Part shown: positions 51,751 to 64,000 of the stretch, piece after piece
Position numbering within the stretch: position 1 is the stretch's first letter
Layout of the letters: each line of letters opens with the position of its first letter
Source: Octopus vulgaris
Lineage: Eukaryota
DNA: 64,000 nt
Assembly: GCA_951406725.2 (NCBI GenBank)
Contig: OX597822.1
Location: forward strand, 36,642,001-36,706,000
Reading direction: 5' to 3'
Notes under the pieces: model-generated
What the model saw: the letters and a program-made list of their open reading frames with translations, nothing else
The model's database searches: none
Told to the model about the DNA's origin: nothing
Program-made: the position numbers and the translations under genes

Positions 51751-53164
51751 ACAAGGCTAAATTTTTGAATTGCTGACACTCGTTTTCTACCCAGTTGTTT
51801 TTTACTAGTCTTGGGTCAACCCAAGACTATGTTTCAAGACACTTGTCCAAGATACCACATGAGGGAATCGAACCCAAAACACTGTGATTGCAATGTGAGC
51901 TTCTTATCCACTCCAACATGTGAAAAGATTGTGATAGAAAGGTTGTTGGCAATGCACCCTTTCTTTTGGACTTTTGATATGGGTACATACCCAAATAGTC
52001 TTTATGATCATTGCTTTTCCAAATACTACTGTCACCCTCCCATCCATCTGCACATTAACATCCCTGATGTTTGCTGCCATCACCATCCTCTTTGCAGTGG
52101 TATATTTATTTGCTACAAATTCCTCATCTGCATCCTTGCCAAACACACCAAAGATTTTGTTTGAGTCTGCCCTTCTGGTTACAACTCATTCTCCCCCTCT
52201 CATCTATGCCATATACTGCTGTTACCACCATGACCATCCTCCCTGCACTCTGGTTGAAAAAAGAAAGTAAAAATAGAAAAATAGATGACATTCAAACGAA
52301 ATATTCACCAACCGGTCACGTACCCCAACACTAAGCAACCCATTGCTACGTAATCCTATTTTACTCAATTCATTCTTCTCCTACACCGCTCCATTCCTAT
52401 CCTCTCCCACTAACTCCTACGCTGCTCCAAGTAACATGCACAACAGCAGGAAATTCTTTCCCATTGATAAGTCTAAGGTTATCATGACTACAATTACAAT
52501 TGTCTCTTCTTCCCAGTTTGTTCCAAATAAGGCCAAAAGATACATAAAACTTCAAAACAAATTGTGACTCACTGTATGTTAACGTTTATTATAAATACAT
52601 CATTCACATTGGTCTGGCTACATTGGTTGCCAATGAAAGAGTAAATCGTATCCTGATTGTGCATGTGCTCTTGTTAAATTATAGTTGGAAGCTAAAAGCT
52701 TTCACTCTCATTGACTGTAAACCTAAAATAATAGATTCTAACACCTCACACAGTACAGTATCTAGTTTGTTCTTACACACATACAAACATACATACACCC
52801 ACACATACACACCCACGCTCACACACACATACACCCCCCACACATTTACAAGCAGTTAAATACATGTGCAGTCATAGAGTGACCAATAGTTTTGCATCTA
52901 TAAAGCACAAGGCCTTATACATGCAATGGATGCAAAACCATTGGTCACTCTATGACTGGACATATATTTACCAGCTTGTAAAATACATTACTGCTCTATT
53001 CTTTAGAGTGTGCTTCTTTTACGGATATATGATCCACTGGCAATGTGTATATATATGTATGTATCACCTTACTTTGGGCCTTGCGGATAATGCCGGACTG
53101 ACTTGATGCATCAACTTAAGTACCTTATTCAACCGAATCTTAATTATTTCTATATATATGTATA

Positions 53165-53625
53165 TCATCATCATTTAACGTCCATTGTCCATGCTGGCAT
53201 GAGTTGGATGGTTTGACTGGGCTGGCACACTGGAAGGCTGTGCCAGGATCCAGTCTAATTTGGCATGGTTTTCTACGGTTGGATGCCTTTTCTAATGCCA
53301 ACCACTCCAAGAGTGTAATAGGTGCATTTACGTGCCAGTGGCACAGGTGCCATTTGCGTGACACCAGTATCTGCCATGACTGATTTTTATCAGCTTGATG
53401 GGTCTTCTTCTTAAGCATGACATAATGCCAAAGGTCTTGGTTATTGCCTCTGTGAGGCCCAACACTCAAAGGGAGCTCGGCCACTTTGCCTCCATGGGGC
53501 CCAATGCTCGAAAGGAACTGAGTCACCTTATCACTGTGAGCCTCAACACTAAAAAAAAACTCAGCCACTTTGCCTCCATGAGGCCCAGGATCTCAGCCAC
53601 TTTGCCTCCATGAGGCCCAATGCTA
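53165..53625 (-). mobile_element. RTE-like LINE 3' end with short tandem repeats of the ORF terminus
   Basis: Shared tail; repeated 'gccactttgcctccatg(a/g)ggccca'. Confidence 0.7.
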
Positions 53626-54350
53626 GCTTATTACAGCCATTTCTTATGCATTTTTTAATAGAAGAATGTGAACGTTACTTCATTATAAAAAACTGTAATC
53701 ATCAGATGAAACATAATTTCCCAAACAAAAGAATATCCTAAGAATACAACAGGGATGTGGCTGAAGTCTATCAAGGCTAATTATGAAATGGGAGAATGAC
53801 CAACAAAATTGACCATTGTGGGCATTAGGGTGTGGGGTTAGGTTAAGAATATAGCTTGTGAAAAAGTGTAATATATTTAAGGTCAGCAACCTAGGTGAAA
53901 TAGGTGTCTGCTAGACTTGTTTATTGGAAGGCTGCATTCTTGGGATATTTTGTTTGTAAAATTATGCTCCATCTAATGATTATGGTTTTTGTAATGAAGT
54001 AATGTTCTCATTCTTCTATTAAAAAATGTGTAAGAAACAGTTGTAATGAGCTGACAATTATCCATCATCTGTTATTATTCATTTGATTATACTACACCAA
54101 GGGGATTTATGACTTGTCGGATACCTTAGAGTATACCAACAACATACAGTTCAATGTAATGCATGCTTTGGATCAGCCCCGTGGTGCTAAATACTTATGG
54201 AGTTGGTTTTCTCTGTGTACACAACCGGAATATCCTATTTGATATTCACCAACCATAGGCTAGAACCACAGGTTTATCCAACCCTACTTTGGTGCACCTT
54301 CAAAGTACCCGATTCTATCTGAATCCTTATTTTACTATGTATATGTATAC

Positions 54351-54383
<33 letters not shown>

Positions 54384-54412
54384 GATCGATCCTATCTACC
54401 TGTCTGTCTATA

Positions 54413-54816
54413 TACTCTTTACTCTTTTACTTGTTTCAGTCATTTGACTGCGGCCATGCTGGAGCACCGCCTTTAATCGAGCAACTCGACCCCGGAACTT
54501 ATTCTTTTGTAAGCCCAGTACTTATTCTATCGGTCTCTTTTGCCGAACCGCTAAGTAACGGGGACATAAACACACCAGCATCGGTTGTCAAGCAATGCTA
54601 GGGGGGACAAACGCAGACACACAAACACACACACGTATATATATATACATATATACGACGGGCTTCTTTCAGTTTCCGTCTACCAAATCCACTCACAAGG
54701 CTTTGGTCGGCCTGGGGCTATAGTAGAAGACACTTGCCCAAGGTGCCACGCAGTGGGACTGAACCCTTAACCATGTGGCTGGTAAACAAGCTACTTACCA
54801 CACAGCCACTCCTGCG

Positions 54817-54818
<2 letters not shown>
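54413..54818 (-). mobile_element. SINE family A, young CpG-intact copy
   Basis: Full head to tail, reverse complement of the 20200 copy. Confidence 0.9.
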
Positions 54819-54847
<29 letters not shown>

Positions 54848-54850
<3 letters not shown>

Positions 54851-55907
54851 GCCGTTCGCCAGCCTCATCTAGCACCTGTGTCGGTGGCACATAAAAACAC
54901 CATCCGAAGACACGGCAAGACTAGTCAGGCCATATCCCATGGCCCCTACCTGGGACGTAGTCAGTCCACCTGTGCATACCTTCCTCCTTGTGATACTTGT
55001 GAAGGCCTGTTGAGGCAAGTGAAAATCAAAATGAAATCAAAACAAATCAAATCAAATCAAATCAAATCAAATCAAAACAAATCAAAATAGATGAACATTA
55101 ATGGAATTGTATCTTTGTGGTACCAGTGCCGGTGGCACACAAGAAAACCATCCGAACGTGGCCGTAGCCAGTACCGCACCGACTGGCCTCCGTGCTGTGG
55201 GCACGTAACAAACACCATCCGATCGTGGCCGTTCGCCAGCCTCATCTGGCACCTGTGTCGGTGGCACATAAAAACACCATCCGAAGACCCGGCAAGACTA
55301 GTCAGGCCATAACCTGTGGCCCCTACCTGGGACGTAGTCAGTCCACCTGTGCATACCTTCCTCCTTGTGACACTTCTGAAGACCTGTTGAGGCAAGTGAA
55401 AATCAAATCAAAACAAATCAAAATAGATGAACATCAATGGAATTTGTATCTTTGTGGTACCAGTGCCGGTGGCACGTGGCACACAAGAAAACCATCCGAA
55501 CGTGGCCGTAGCCAGTACCGCATCGACTGGCCTCCGTGCTGTGGGCACGTAACAAACACCATCCGATCGTGGCCGTTTGCCAGCCTCATCTGGCACCTGT
55601 GTCGGTGGCACATAAAAACACCATCCGAGCGTGGCCGTCTGCCAGCCTCGTCTGGCACCTGTGTCGGTGGCACATAAAAAACACCATCCGAGCGTGGCCG
55701 TTTGCCAGCCTCGTCTGGCACCTGTGTCGGTGGCACATAAAATCACCCACTACACTCTCGGAGTGGTTGGCGTTAGGAAGGGCATCCAGCTGTAGAAACA
55801 CTGCCAGATCTGACTGGACTGGTGCAGCTCCCCAGACCCCAGTTGAACCGTCCAACCCATGCTAGCATGGAAAGCGGACGTTAAATGATGATGATGATGA
55901 TGATGAT
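54848..55907 (+). mobile_element. RTE-like 3'UTR with nested tandem duplications (~345-375-bp unit x2, ~60-bp units) and (GAT)n tail
   Basis: 54848-55224 repeats at 55225-55568, followed by three 'gtggccgt..gccagcctc.tctggcacctgtgtcggtggcacataaaa' units. Confidence 0.85.
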
Positions 55908-56540
55908 ATATATATCAGAGGTTATGTTGTTGAATGAAGTATACACAGTAAAGTGAAGCTTACCAAACAAATTACTTTGTGTTGTGGTTGTTTTTTCATA
56001 TAAAAATAATATTTTTCTAAGGAAACATTTAAATTTTCTATTACTGCTTGGATTCTTGATGGAAGATATTCACCTCTGCTGTTCTTGCTCAGGAAAATAG
56101 AGGAACCTAATACACTCATAATAATACTTCAGAATTTCAAGAATTAATTTAAACTTGCAGGACCCATAAATATTTCACAGACTTAATGGTAAAACTATTG
56201 GGTTATTTCTGAAAACTTTATCCAAAAGACTTGAAAGCATAGCCTGTATCAAAAGATAGTCACTCATCTGCTAATCATTGAAAAGTGAAGGAAATTAGAA
56301 TACGATGATTACTTAATGCATTTTATATGCTTTAGGCACAATTAATATACAGCACTCATAAAATAAATATTTACTCTTACTTTCCATTTTCTTCATAAAC
56401 AAATATATCCCATACATATGATACAACCTTTAGTTAAATTGCATATTTCTGCCATATAAAAAAGCACGAATATTTCATGGAATTGTGCTTATGCACATGT
56501 GTTAAGTGATAGGTAATATAGAAAACTTGGTTTGATTTTT

Positions 56541-56630
56541 AAAAAATACACTTTAAAAATACACTTTAAAAATACACTTTAAAAATACACTTTAAAAATA
56601 CACTTTAAAAATACACTTTAAAAAATACAC
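56541..56630. repeat. 13-bp tandem repeat (AAAAATACACTTT), about 7 copies
   Basis: Direct inspection. Confidence 0.95.
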
Positions 56631-56911
56631 CACCACCACCATGAGAAACCCCATAGAAGCTCCTACTGTTGTTGATGTCTCTGTGTACTTTTCTAATGAT
56701 ACAAACTATGTACTGGTTTGTTCTTTCTCGTTAACATGATTTGCAATAAAATATTGATGCTGGAAATAGATTGAGATTTCTCACGGAGTCAGTTTGATCT
56801 CTTTTTGTCATGCAATGCTAAATAACCAAATCTCTGATGACTGGTGTGCATTCAACCTTCACTCAGATTTTCTTGCTTAACTTAAACAACTACCTTTACA
56901 AAAGCTTTTTA

Positions 56912-57370
56912 CTACACACATGCACATACACACACATGAACAAAAACACACTCATATAAGCATGTATGTACATATGTTTGCATGTGTACTTGTATGAGTG
57001 TGTGCATGCGTGCGTTAGTATGGGTGAGTAGTGTGTGTGTGTGGTGTGTGTGTGTGTGGTGGTGTGTATGTGTGTAGTGTGTGTGTGTAGTGTGTGTGTG
57101 TGTGTAGTGTAGTGTGTGTCTGTATACATATGCACACTCACACACACACACATATAAGCATGTATGTACATATGCTTGTGTGCATACTTGTATGTGTGTG
57201 TGTGTGTGTTGGTATGTATGTGTATGATATATTTATATTTATATGTGTATGTGTAGTGTGTGTGTAGTGTATGCATGTGTGTGTGTAGTGTGTGTATGTG
57301 TTTGTGTGTGTATACATATGCACACTCACACACATGCACACACACACACACTCACACAAGCACACACATA
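56912..57370. repeat. Compound (TG)/(CA)/(TAGTG) microsatellite region
   Basis: Direct inspection. Confidence 0.85.
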
Positions 57371-57706
57371 AATGCATTTACACATGCTGCATATGCTATC
57401 ATGGGAAACGGACACTGAATGATGCTCCAGCATGGCCACAGTCAAATGACTGAAACGAGTATAAGAGTTATTCTCCTCTCTCATATTCACTTTGTGCTTT
57501 GATCCTGCACATCTTTCTTCCTCCAGATAGGGAAGCCATGTATTCATCTCTTCAGCATGATACTTGCACCTGTTCCTTGATCACACTTTTATATCCCTCA
57601 TTACTATACTCTACTCACTTGAGTCCTTGTGAGTACACAGCAACCTCACCAGTGCCAGTGCTATGTAAAAAGCCCCCAGTACTCTCTGTGAAGTGGTTGG
57701 CATGAG

Positions 57707-58479
57707 GATTATCACAGATCCTCCCCCATGTTTAACAGCTGGAAGAAGGCAGTCCGGGTCAAATGCTTCTTTTGGCTGTCTCCACACATATACTTGGCTG
57801 GTGGTCAAAAATAAGGTAAAGGGTGACTTTACCTTATTTTAAAATACCTTTACTTTATTTTAAAATAACATTCTTCCACTGCTCTAGGGACCAATTCTGT
57901 AGGTTTTTACTCCACTCTAAATGCTTTGCAATACTTGTTTTTGAAGTAGTGATTTTCTGATTGCAACCTTCCCGTGAAATCTGGCTTTGTGCAGCTCCCG
58001 GTGAACAGCTTTTGTGGAAACTGGATTCTTGAGGTGGTCATTAAGCTTTGCAGTAGTCTTGGGAGCTGTACTCTAGTGATCCTTTCTAACAATTCGCATA
58101 AGAGTCCGACAGTCCTTATCTGAAAATTTTGGTTTTCCTTAGGAGTTTTAATTTGACAAAGAGGTTTTTTCCCTCTTTCTCAAAGGCTGTCATTACTTTT
58201 GAGACAGTACTTCCTGATACACCAAGCATTTCAGCTGTTTTTGTTACGCTAACGCCTGCCATACTTTGAAAGTCCGACAAATCTGTGATTTTAATGAATT
58301 TTAATTACTTTTTTATCTAATGATACCTGAAAAGAAACAGCAATTTTAGCAAAATATATTAAGCAACACTAATAATAAATCAAAAACATAAAAATAAACA
58401 AGCTTTTGATGGTTTTGTAGATATTTCAAAATTACGATGCTATGATGCTAGGTGTTTCCATTATTTTGTCCAACCCCTG
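57707..58479 (-). mobile_element. Third, partial copy of the DD36E Tc1-type element (5' TIR retained)
   Basis: TIR CAGGGGTTGGACAAAATAATGGAAACACCT ending at 58479 plus TA; homologous to 25760-26516. Confidence 0.9.
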
Positions 58480-58489
58480 TATATATAAT

Positions 58490-58571
<82 letters not shown>

Positions 58572-58692
58572 TAAACAATATAAATATATTTATACATACA
58601 TGCATACATACATACGAAAATAAACAAAAGACGAAGGCAGGTGGTGTACAAACAAACAAATGTATTAGTATAGCGCTCAGGAATAGAAAAAG

Positions 58693-58730
58693 TCTTTTAC
58701 GTTTCGAGCCTACGCTCTTCGACATAAAGA
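58693..58730 (-). ncRNA. Minimal hammerhead motif in a second copy of the 24-kb element (about 58612-58792)
   Basis: UCUUU-AUGUCGA-A-GAGC(GUAG)GCUC-GAAACGUA-AAAGA; C3 is replaced by A. Confidence 0.55.
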
Positions 58731-59359
58731 TACACAGAAAAAAACAAGGAGAGAAACGAGAGAAAAAAATGTGTGTAGTAGCTAACGATCTATTATATAT
58801 ATATATATATATATATAAGATAAAACTTACTTGGAAAAGGATGCATGGCGTTCGACCACATAATAATATAAATAATATATAAATATATGCATATATACAT
58901 ACGTACATCTATATGTATATATACATGCATATATGGGTACAGGACATCAAAAAAAAAAAAACGTTGAACACAATGAGAAACGAAGACATAAAAACAAAAA
59001 CATGGAAACGAACTTTTTTTTCAAACAACGAAAAAACAGAGTACAAAACATTCAACACAAGGAACATTCCCCTTCTTCAGTTGTCCCTGTTTCGTCTACT
59101 CCGCGTTTCGAAGGTAAGGACAAGACGCGACTTCGTTGAAACAATCCTTCCCGCAAAGCAAATTAAATAAAATTTGGGATTTTTGCGGAGGTGTAAAAGT
59201 GGTAACAAGAACAGGACAGTAAGAACAAAACAAGACAGTAAAAACAATACAAGTGAAAACAGTAAAAGACAGGACAAAGAGAATAACATAGTAAAAACAA
59301 ACGACGAGGATTGTTAAGCCAAGACGATGGAAAAATTATTACTGTTATTCTCTTTGTCC

Positions 59360-59432
<73 letters not shown>

Positions 59433-59683
59433 GTGCGTGTGTGTGTGTTTGCGTGTCAATGTTTGTTCCTATCTAGTTGTAGTGTCGGAGGATACAACTG
59501 ACTTGTCTATTTAATGTTCTATTGGCATCCAAAATGTTTGTTTGGTCGGCAGATACATATAATGTTATAAGCAGGATTGTAAATCTTTGGCCTAGCAGTT
59601 TCGACTTCGGTTGATAGCAGATGGAGGTTGACCACATTCATTTGTTTTTAGAATGAGTTGGTGATACTAGAATGACGTTGTTT

Positions 59684-60091
59684 CAGCGCTGGATTAACCG
59701 TTAAGCAAAATAAGCACGTGCTTAGAGCATCAAAGCAAAAGGAGCACCACAACAGTGGTAAATGGTCTACAGCATAAAAGAAATCACTTTAAACTTGCTA
59801 AAATAATATTCGAAATATAATTTCGAAGTGTTCATGGTGTTATAGTAAGGGTTTGACCCAAAACTTTTCGATTAAAAAGAGGAGGAGAAAAGCTTTTGAA
59901 ATATAAATAAAGTGAAAGTATGGAAAAATAAATATTGTTTTCCATCCTACTGTTAACTTTGTTTCATTTTGAAAAATAAGAAATTATTTTATGATTTATT
60001 ATTGTTTATATTTTGAATTACATGTATATGGGGGTGGGGCACCAAAATCTTTTAAGTGCTTAGGGTTTCTATGGGTCTTAATCCGGGCCTG
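59684..60091. mobile_element. Non-autonomous hAT element
   Basis: TIRs CAGCGCTGGATTAA / TTAATCCGGGCCTG; perfect 8-bp TSD CGTTGTTT (59676-59683, 60092-60099). Confidence 0.88.
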
Positions 60092-60660
60092 CGTTGTTTG
60101 ATTAATTGAGTTCCTTTTTCTACACCACCTGTGATTTATATGATCAAAGTGTACGTCGCCTAAGGGCTTCTAGGGATCAATTCTCCAAGCAGTTAATTTT
60201 TTTTCCTATCGATGGTTCGGAATACCTGATGAAATAGCTGGTGAGTTTGTTGTGTAGCTTAATACATGAATTGCGAATAAATTACTATGCTATTGAAACA
60301 TATGTAGCATGTATTGAACTGTTATTGTCAATTCATCTTCATATATTAAATTTTTTCCCTACAATACATGCGTAACTAATACATGCTACTGAGATTGGAG
60401 TTGTAGAATACCTGATATCATTAAACAATTGTGATTAAGTTATTTAATCTTGTGATTGGATAATGAAAACGAGATATTAATTTATTAGTATTTCTACCGT
60501 GTACATCGCTAGCCATTTACATGCTGGAAGCTACCGAGCTAATAATCACGATTTGTGAAATCTAAATCCTCCAAACTGATACATGAGTTTTAGGCAACAA
60601 GTCGACTTTAAGCACTAATTGTTCGTCCTTCTTACTTTATTTCATCAGATGTATTTATTT

Positions 60661-61760
60661 CGAGGGTAAGTCAAAAATTATACGCATCCTTGTTTCTGTA
60701 ATTTATTAAAGCAAAAGCAGCGGTTGAAGAAATACATCACCTTTAAACATAAACTCTTTACTTTCCGATGCATGTCTTCCAACGGTCCACAAGCTCGCTA
60801 ATTCCATTATAGAAGGTCGCGTAGCTATTTATGTACCGCTTCGTAGCAAATCGACGACCTCCTAAAGGACGTTTGAGAAGTCCAAAGAGGTGATAGTTGA
60901 AAAGGACGAGATTTGGAGTGTATGCAGGATGTTTCAACAACTCAATCTTCCAATGTTTTAATGGTTTCATTGATGTGGGCGGCCGTATGTGGACGTGCGT
61001 TATCGTGTAATAACAATTGCTTTGACAATAGACTTCGGCTTTTGGTACGAATTGCTGCTTTTAGTTTGTTGGTCAGCATTTCACTGTAACCTACACGTGT
61101 GTCTGCAGACCCCTTTTTCAGGTACTGTTCCAGTATAGACCCTTTTACGTCCTGAAAAACAGTTAGCATCACCTTTTCTGCGGAAGACTGAGTCTTGAAT
61201 TTCCTATTCGCTGCCGATTCCGTATGTTTCCACTCCATACGCTGCCTTTTGGATTTGGCACAAAGTGATGGATCCAGGTTTCATCTGTGACTATTATCTC
61301 CAAAACGCTTCGGCTTCATCTTCGTAGCGGTCGACTAAGCGTTAATACACCAAGCTCTCTTGGCACCCATCTTGCACAGAGATAATAGAAACAACGCTTG
61401 TCATAGAGATTTCGTATGCGGAACTATGACTTATTTTCAAGGAATATGCCACCTCACCGATGGTCACTGGTCGGTTTGTTCGAACCACCTCTCGATCTTG
61501 CTGAATCTTTACGCCAGTTGATGGGCGTCCTGCTCCCTCTTCGTGCTTCACGCTTGTCAGGCCGTTTTAAAACTTTTCTATCCACTCATACACATTTTAA
61601 CGTAGTAGAGCATTGTACAGAAGGCATGCAATGAATTTCAGCCCCTGAGATCCTTCAGTCCAGAGAAATCAGATCACTGACGTCTGGTCTTCCTTGGTGC
61701 GTATTGCCAGAGGAGCGGCCATGTTTACTCTGTAACACAAGAAAGAAAACAGGAGAAATC
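60661..61760 (-). mobile_element. mariner transposon with frameshifted transposase
   Basis: EGAGRPST, VTDETWIHHF, MEWKH..KFKTQSSAEKVMLTVF, LHDNARPHTA and HPAYTPNL..NYHLF motifs; TIR-like CGAGGGTAAGTCAAAAATTAT at 60661. Confidence 0.9.
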
Positions 61761-61824
61761 AAAGCCAAACCTCGGTTACGTTGCCACAAGAGTAAGACCA
61801 TACATACATACATACATACATACA

Positions 61825-61859
<35 letters not shown>

Positions 61860-61881
61860 CTATACATATATATATATATAT

Positions 61882-62512
<631 letters not shown>

Positions 62513-62537
62513 GTGTGTGTGAATGTGCGTGTGTGTG

Positions 62538-62690
62538 TGAAGGTGCGTGGCTTAGTGGTTAGGTCATTCTGCTCACAATCGTAAGGTCGTGAGTTCAATT
62601 CCCGGTGACGCGTTGTGTCCATGGGCAGGACACTTTATTTCACGTTTCTCCAGTCCACTCAGCTGGCAAAAATGACTCGTATCTGTATTT
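62538..62690 (+). mobile_element. tRNA-derived SINE family E, 5' part
   Basis: A box TGGCTTAGTGG, B box GAGTTCAATTCC. Confidence 0.8.
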
Positions 62691-64000
62691 AAGCCTTTTT
62701 GGGTTTTTTTTTTTTACTAGCCAAACAGAATAGATAACAATTTTTCACCGTTGACACTTGTGCTGTTTAAATCAATCAGAAATTTTAGCGTATCAGAGGG
62801 TACCGTGTTTTTGGCTTCTTAGGAGATTGCACAATGCTCCTCTAAACTTCCAATGACGTCTATGGCTCACTTCACTCTCTTCCTCTTTTGTTCGGTTAGC
62901 TTCTCGTCTTAGACTTGACAGAATAACTTCTACAAGTTTTAAAACACATACGTTGTCTATTTTTCTCTTTACGACTGGGTGTTACGAGATTGCAAACATT
63001 TCATTCTATAACGCAAATAATTTTATTGATACAAACATTTTCTATATACATTATCCAGTTGATTTCGTGAAAGATCATGATATATTAAGTTCATTATTCA
63101 CACAACTTTTTTTTACAGCATAAATTATCTAATTGTTTTATATATGTAAATTCTTACAAATACGTTTATGTAAGCTTTGCTTTGGCTGATGCAGTATATT
63201 CAAAATCATCATATTCTACTTCAATTTTGTCTTGATTCCAACCTGTATTTATTGACCACACGCTTTGCACTTATTATCACATTAGTCTACCAACAAAATC
63301 CGAAGAGGCCTATTTTTTGTTGGCATACAGAAATGAAAAAAATTACTCGTCAATCTGTTGCTGATAATTGTTGGTATGATGAGTTTGTTATTGAAAATGA
63401 TGGGGTTCGATTCTCGTGGTCGACTTTGTCCACGTTTTTCTGCCAAATGGCTTTTACTTGATATTTTATGAGCTATGATTTATAGCTATATTTACATTTG
63501 AGCAACATCGTAAAAAAGACTTATTTCAAATTTATCAATGCTTAAAAAATAGGGCCAAAACATACACATGCACATGTGTGGCCGATATACACAAAACTAT
63601 CGGATTTCCAGCATAAAACTATGAAAACTTGAAAATTAATGATTTTAACTACCGTGCGTAAATATATTGTAAAAATATATTTTTTGTGTTATATATTTTA
63701 TTTCGGAAAAATACTCAGCTCCACAAATTTATCCAGTGTATAAGTTTATCAGTTATTCTGTAGCAGTGGAAGGTGGATTTGTGAAACTAGCAAACTGTTC
63801 AATATACGGTTTCGATTATCGCTTTAGAATTATTTTATTTTCATCATTAAATACTTTGGAAAATGAATGAATATTCCAGTTGGATGCTTCACACTAATAA
63901 AACGGAGGCTTAACACCTCTATAAGGCATTACAATAGTTCATATATCCTTGATTACAGATTATCTTGGAATATATGTAACAACCATATTGATACTAATTA

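Noticed and set aside
54848-55745. CRISPR-like repeat array
   Set aside because: Units are tandem with no unique spacers, belong to a dispersed retroelement 3'UTR, the context is eukaryotic, and there are no cas genes.

Overview
AT-rich, microsatellite-dense animal genomic DNA. The SINE/LINE repertoire and (TA)n/(CA)n/(GAT)n load look like an octopod cephalopod (inference, not proven). Almost all ORFs in the supplied track are microsatellite or repeat artefacts. Two host genes are supportable. (1) The terminal coding exon of a Bcl-2/Bcl-xL-family apoptosis regulator (1423-1563, +), missed by the ORF track and probably followed by a long 3'UTR. (2) A spliced minus-strand gene for a 171-aa protein I cannot assign to a family (coding exons 41697-41715 and 37346-37842). 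The rest is a patchwork of tRNA-derived SINEs, RTE/CR1/Dong-R4/Penelope-like retroelement fragments, and Tc1/mariner/pogo/hAT/piggyBac relics, including a full-length DD36E Tc1-type element. The most notable unexplained signal is a set of short non-coding elements lodged in (TA)n tracts. They carry minimal type-I hammerhead ribozyme motifs with palindromic stem III (62073-62134, 24044-24081, 58693-58730, 33047-33081), and some are arranged as long palindromes. This is consistent with Penelope-dependent, retrozyme-like RNA elements. Repeat boundaries are approximate unless a TIR or TSD is cited.
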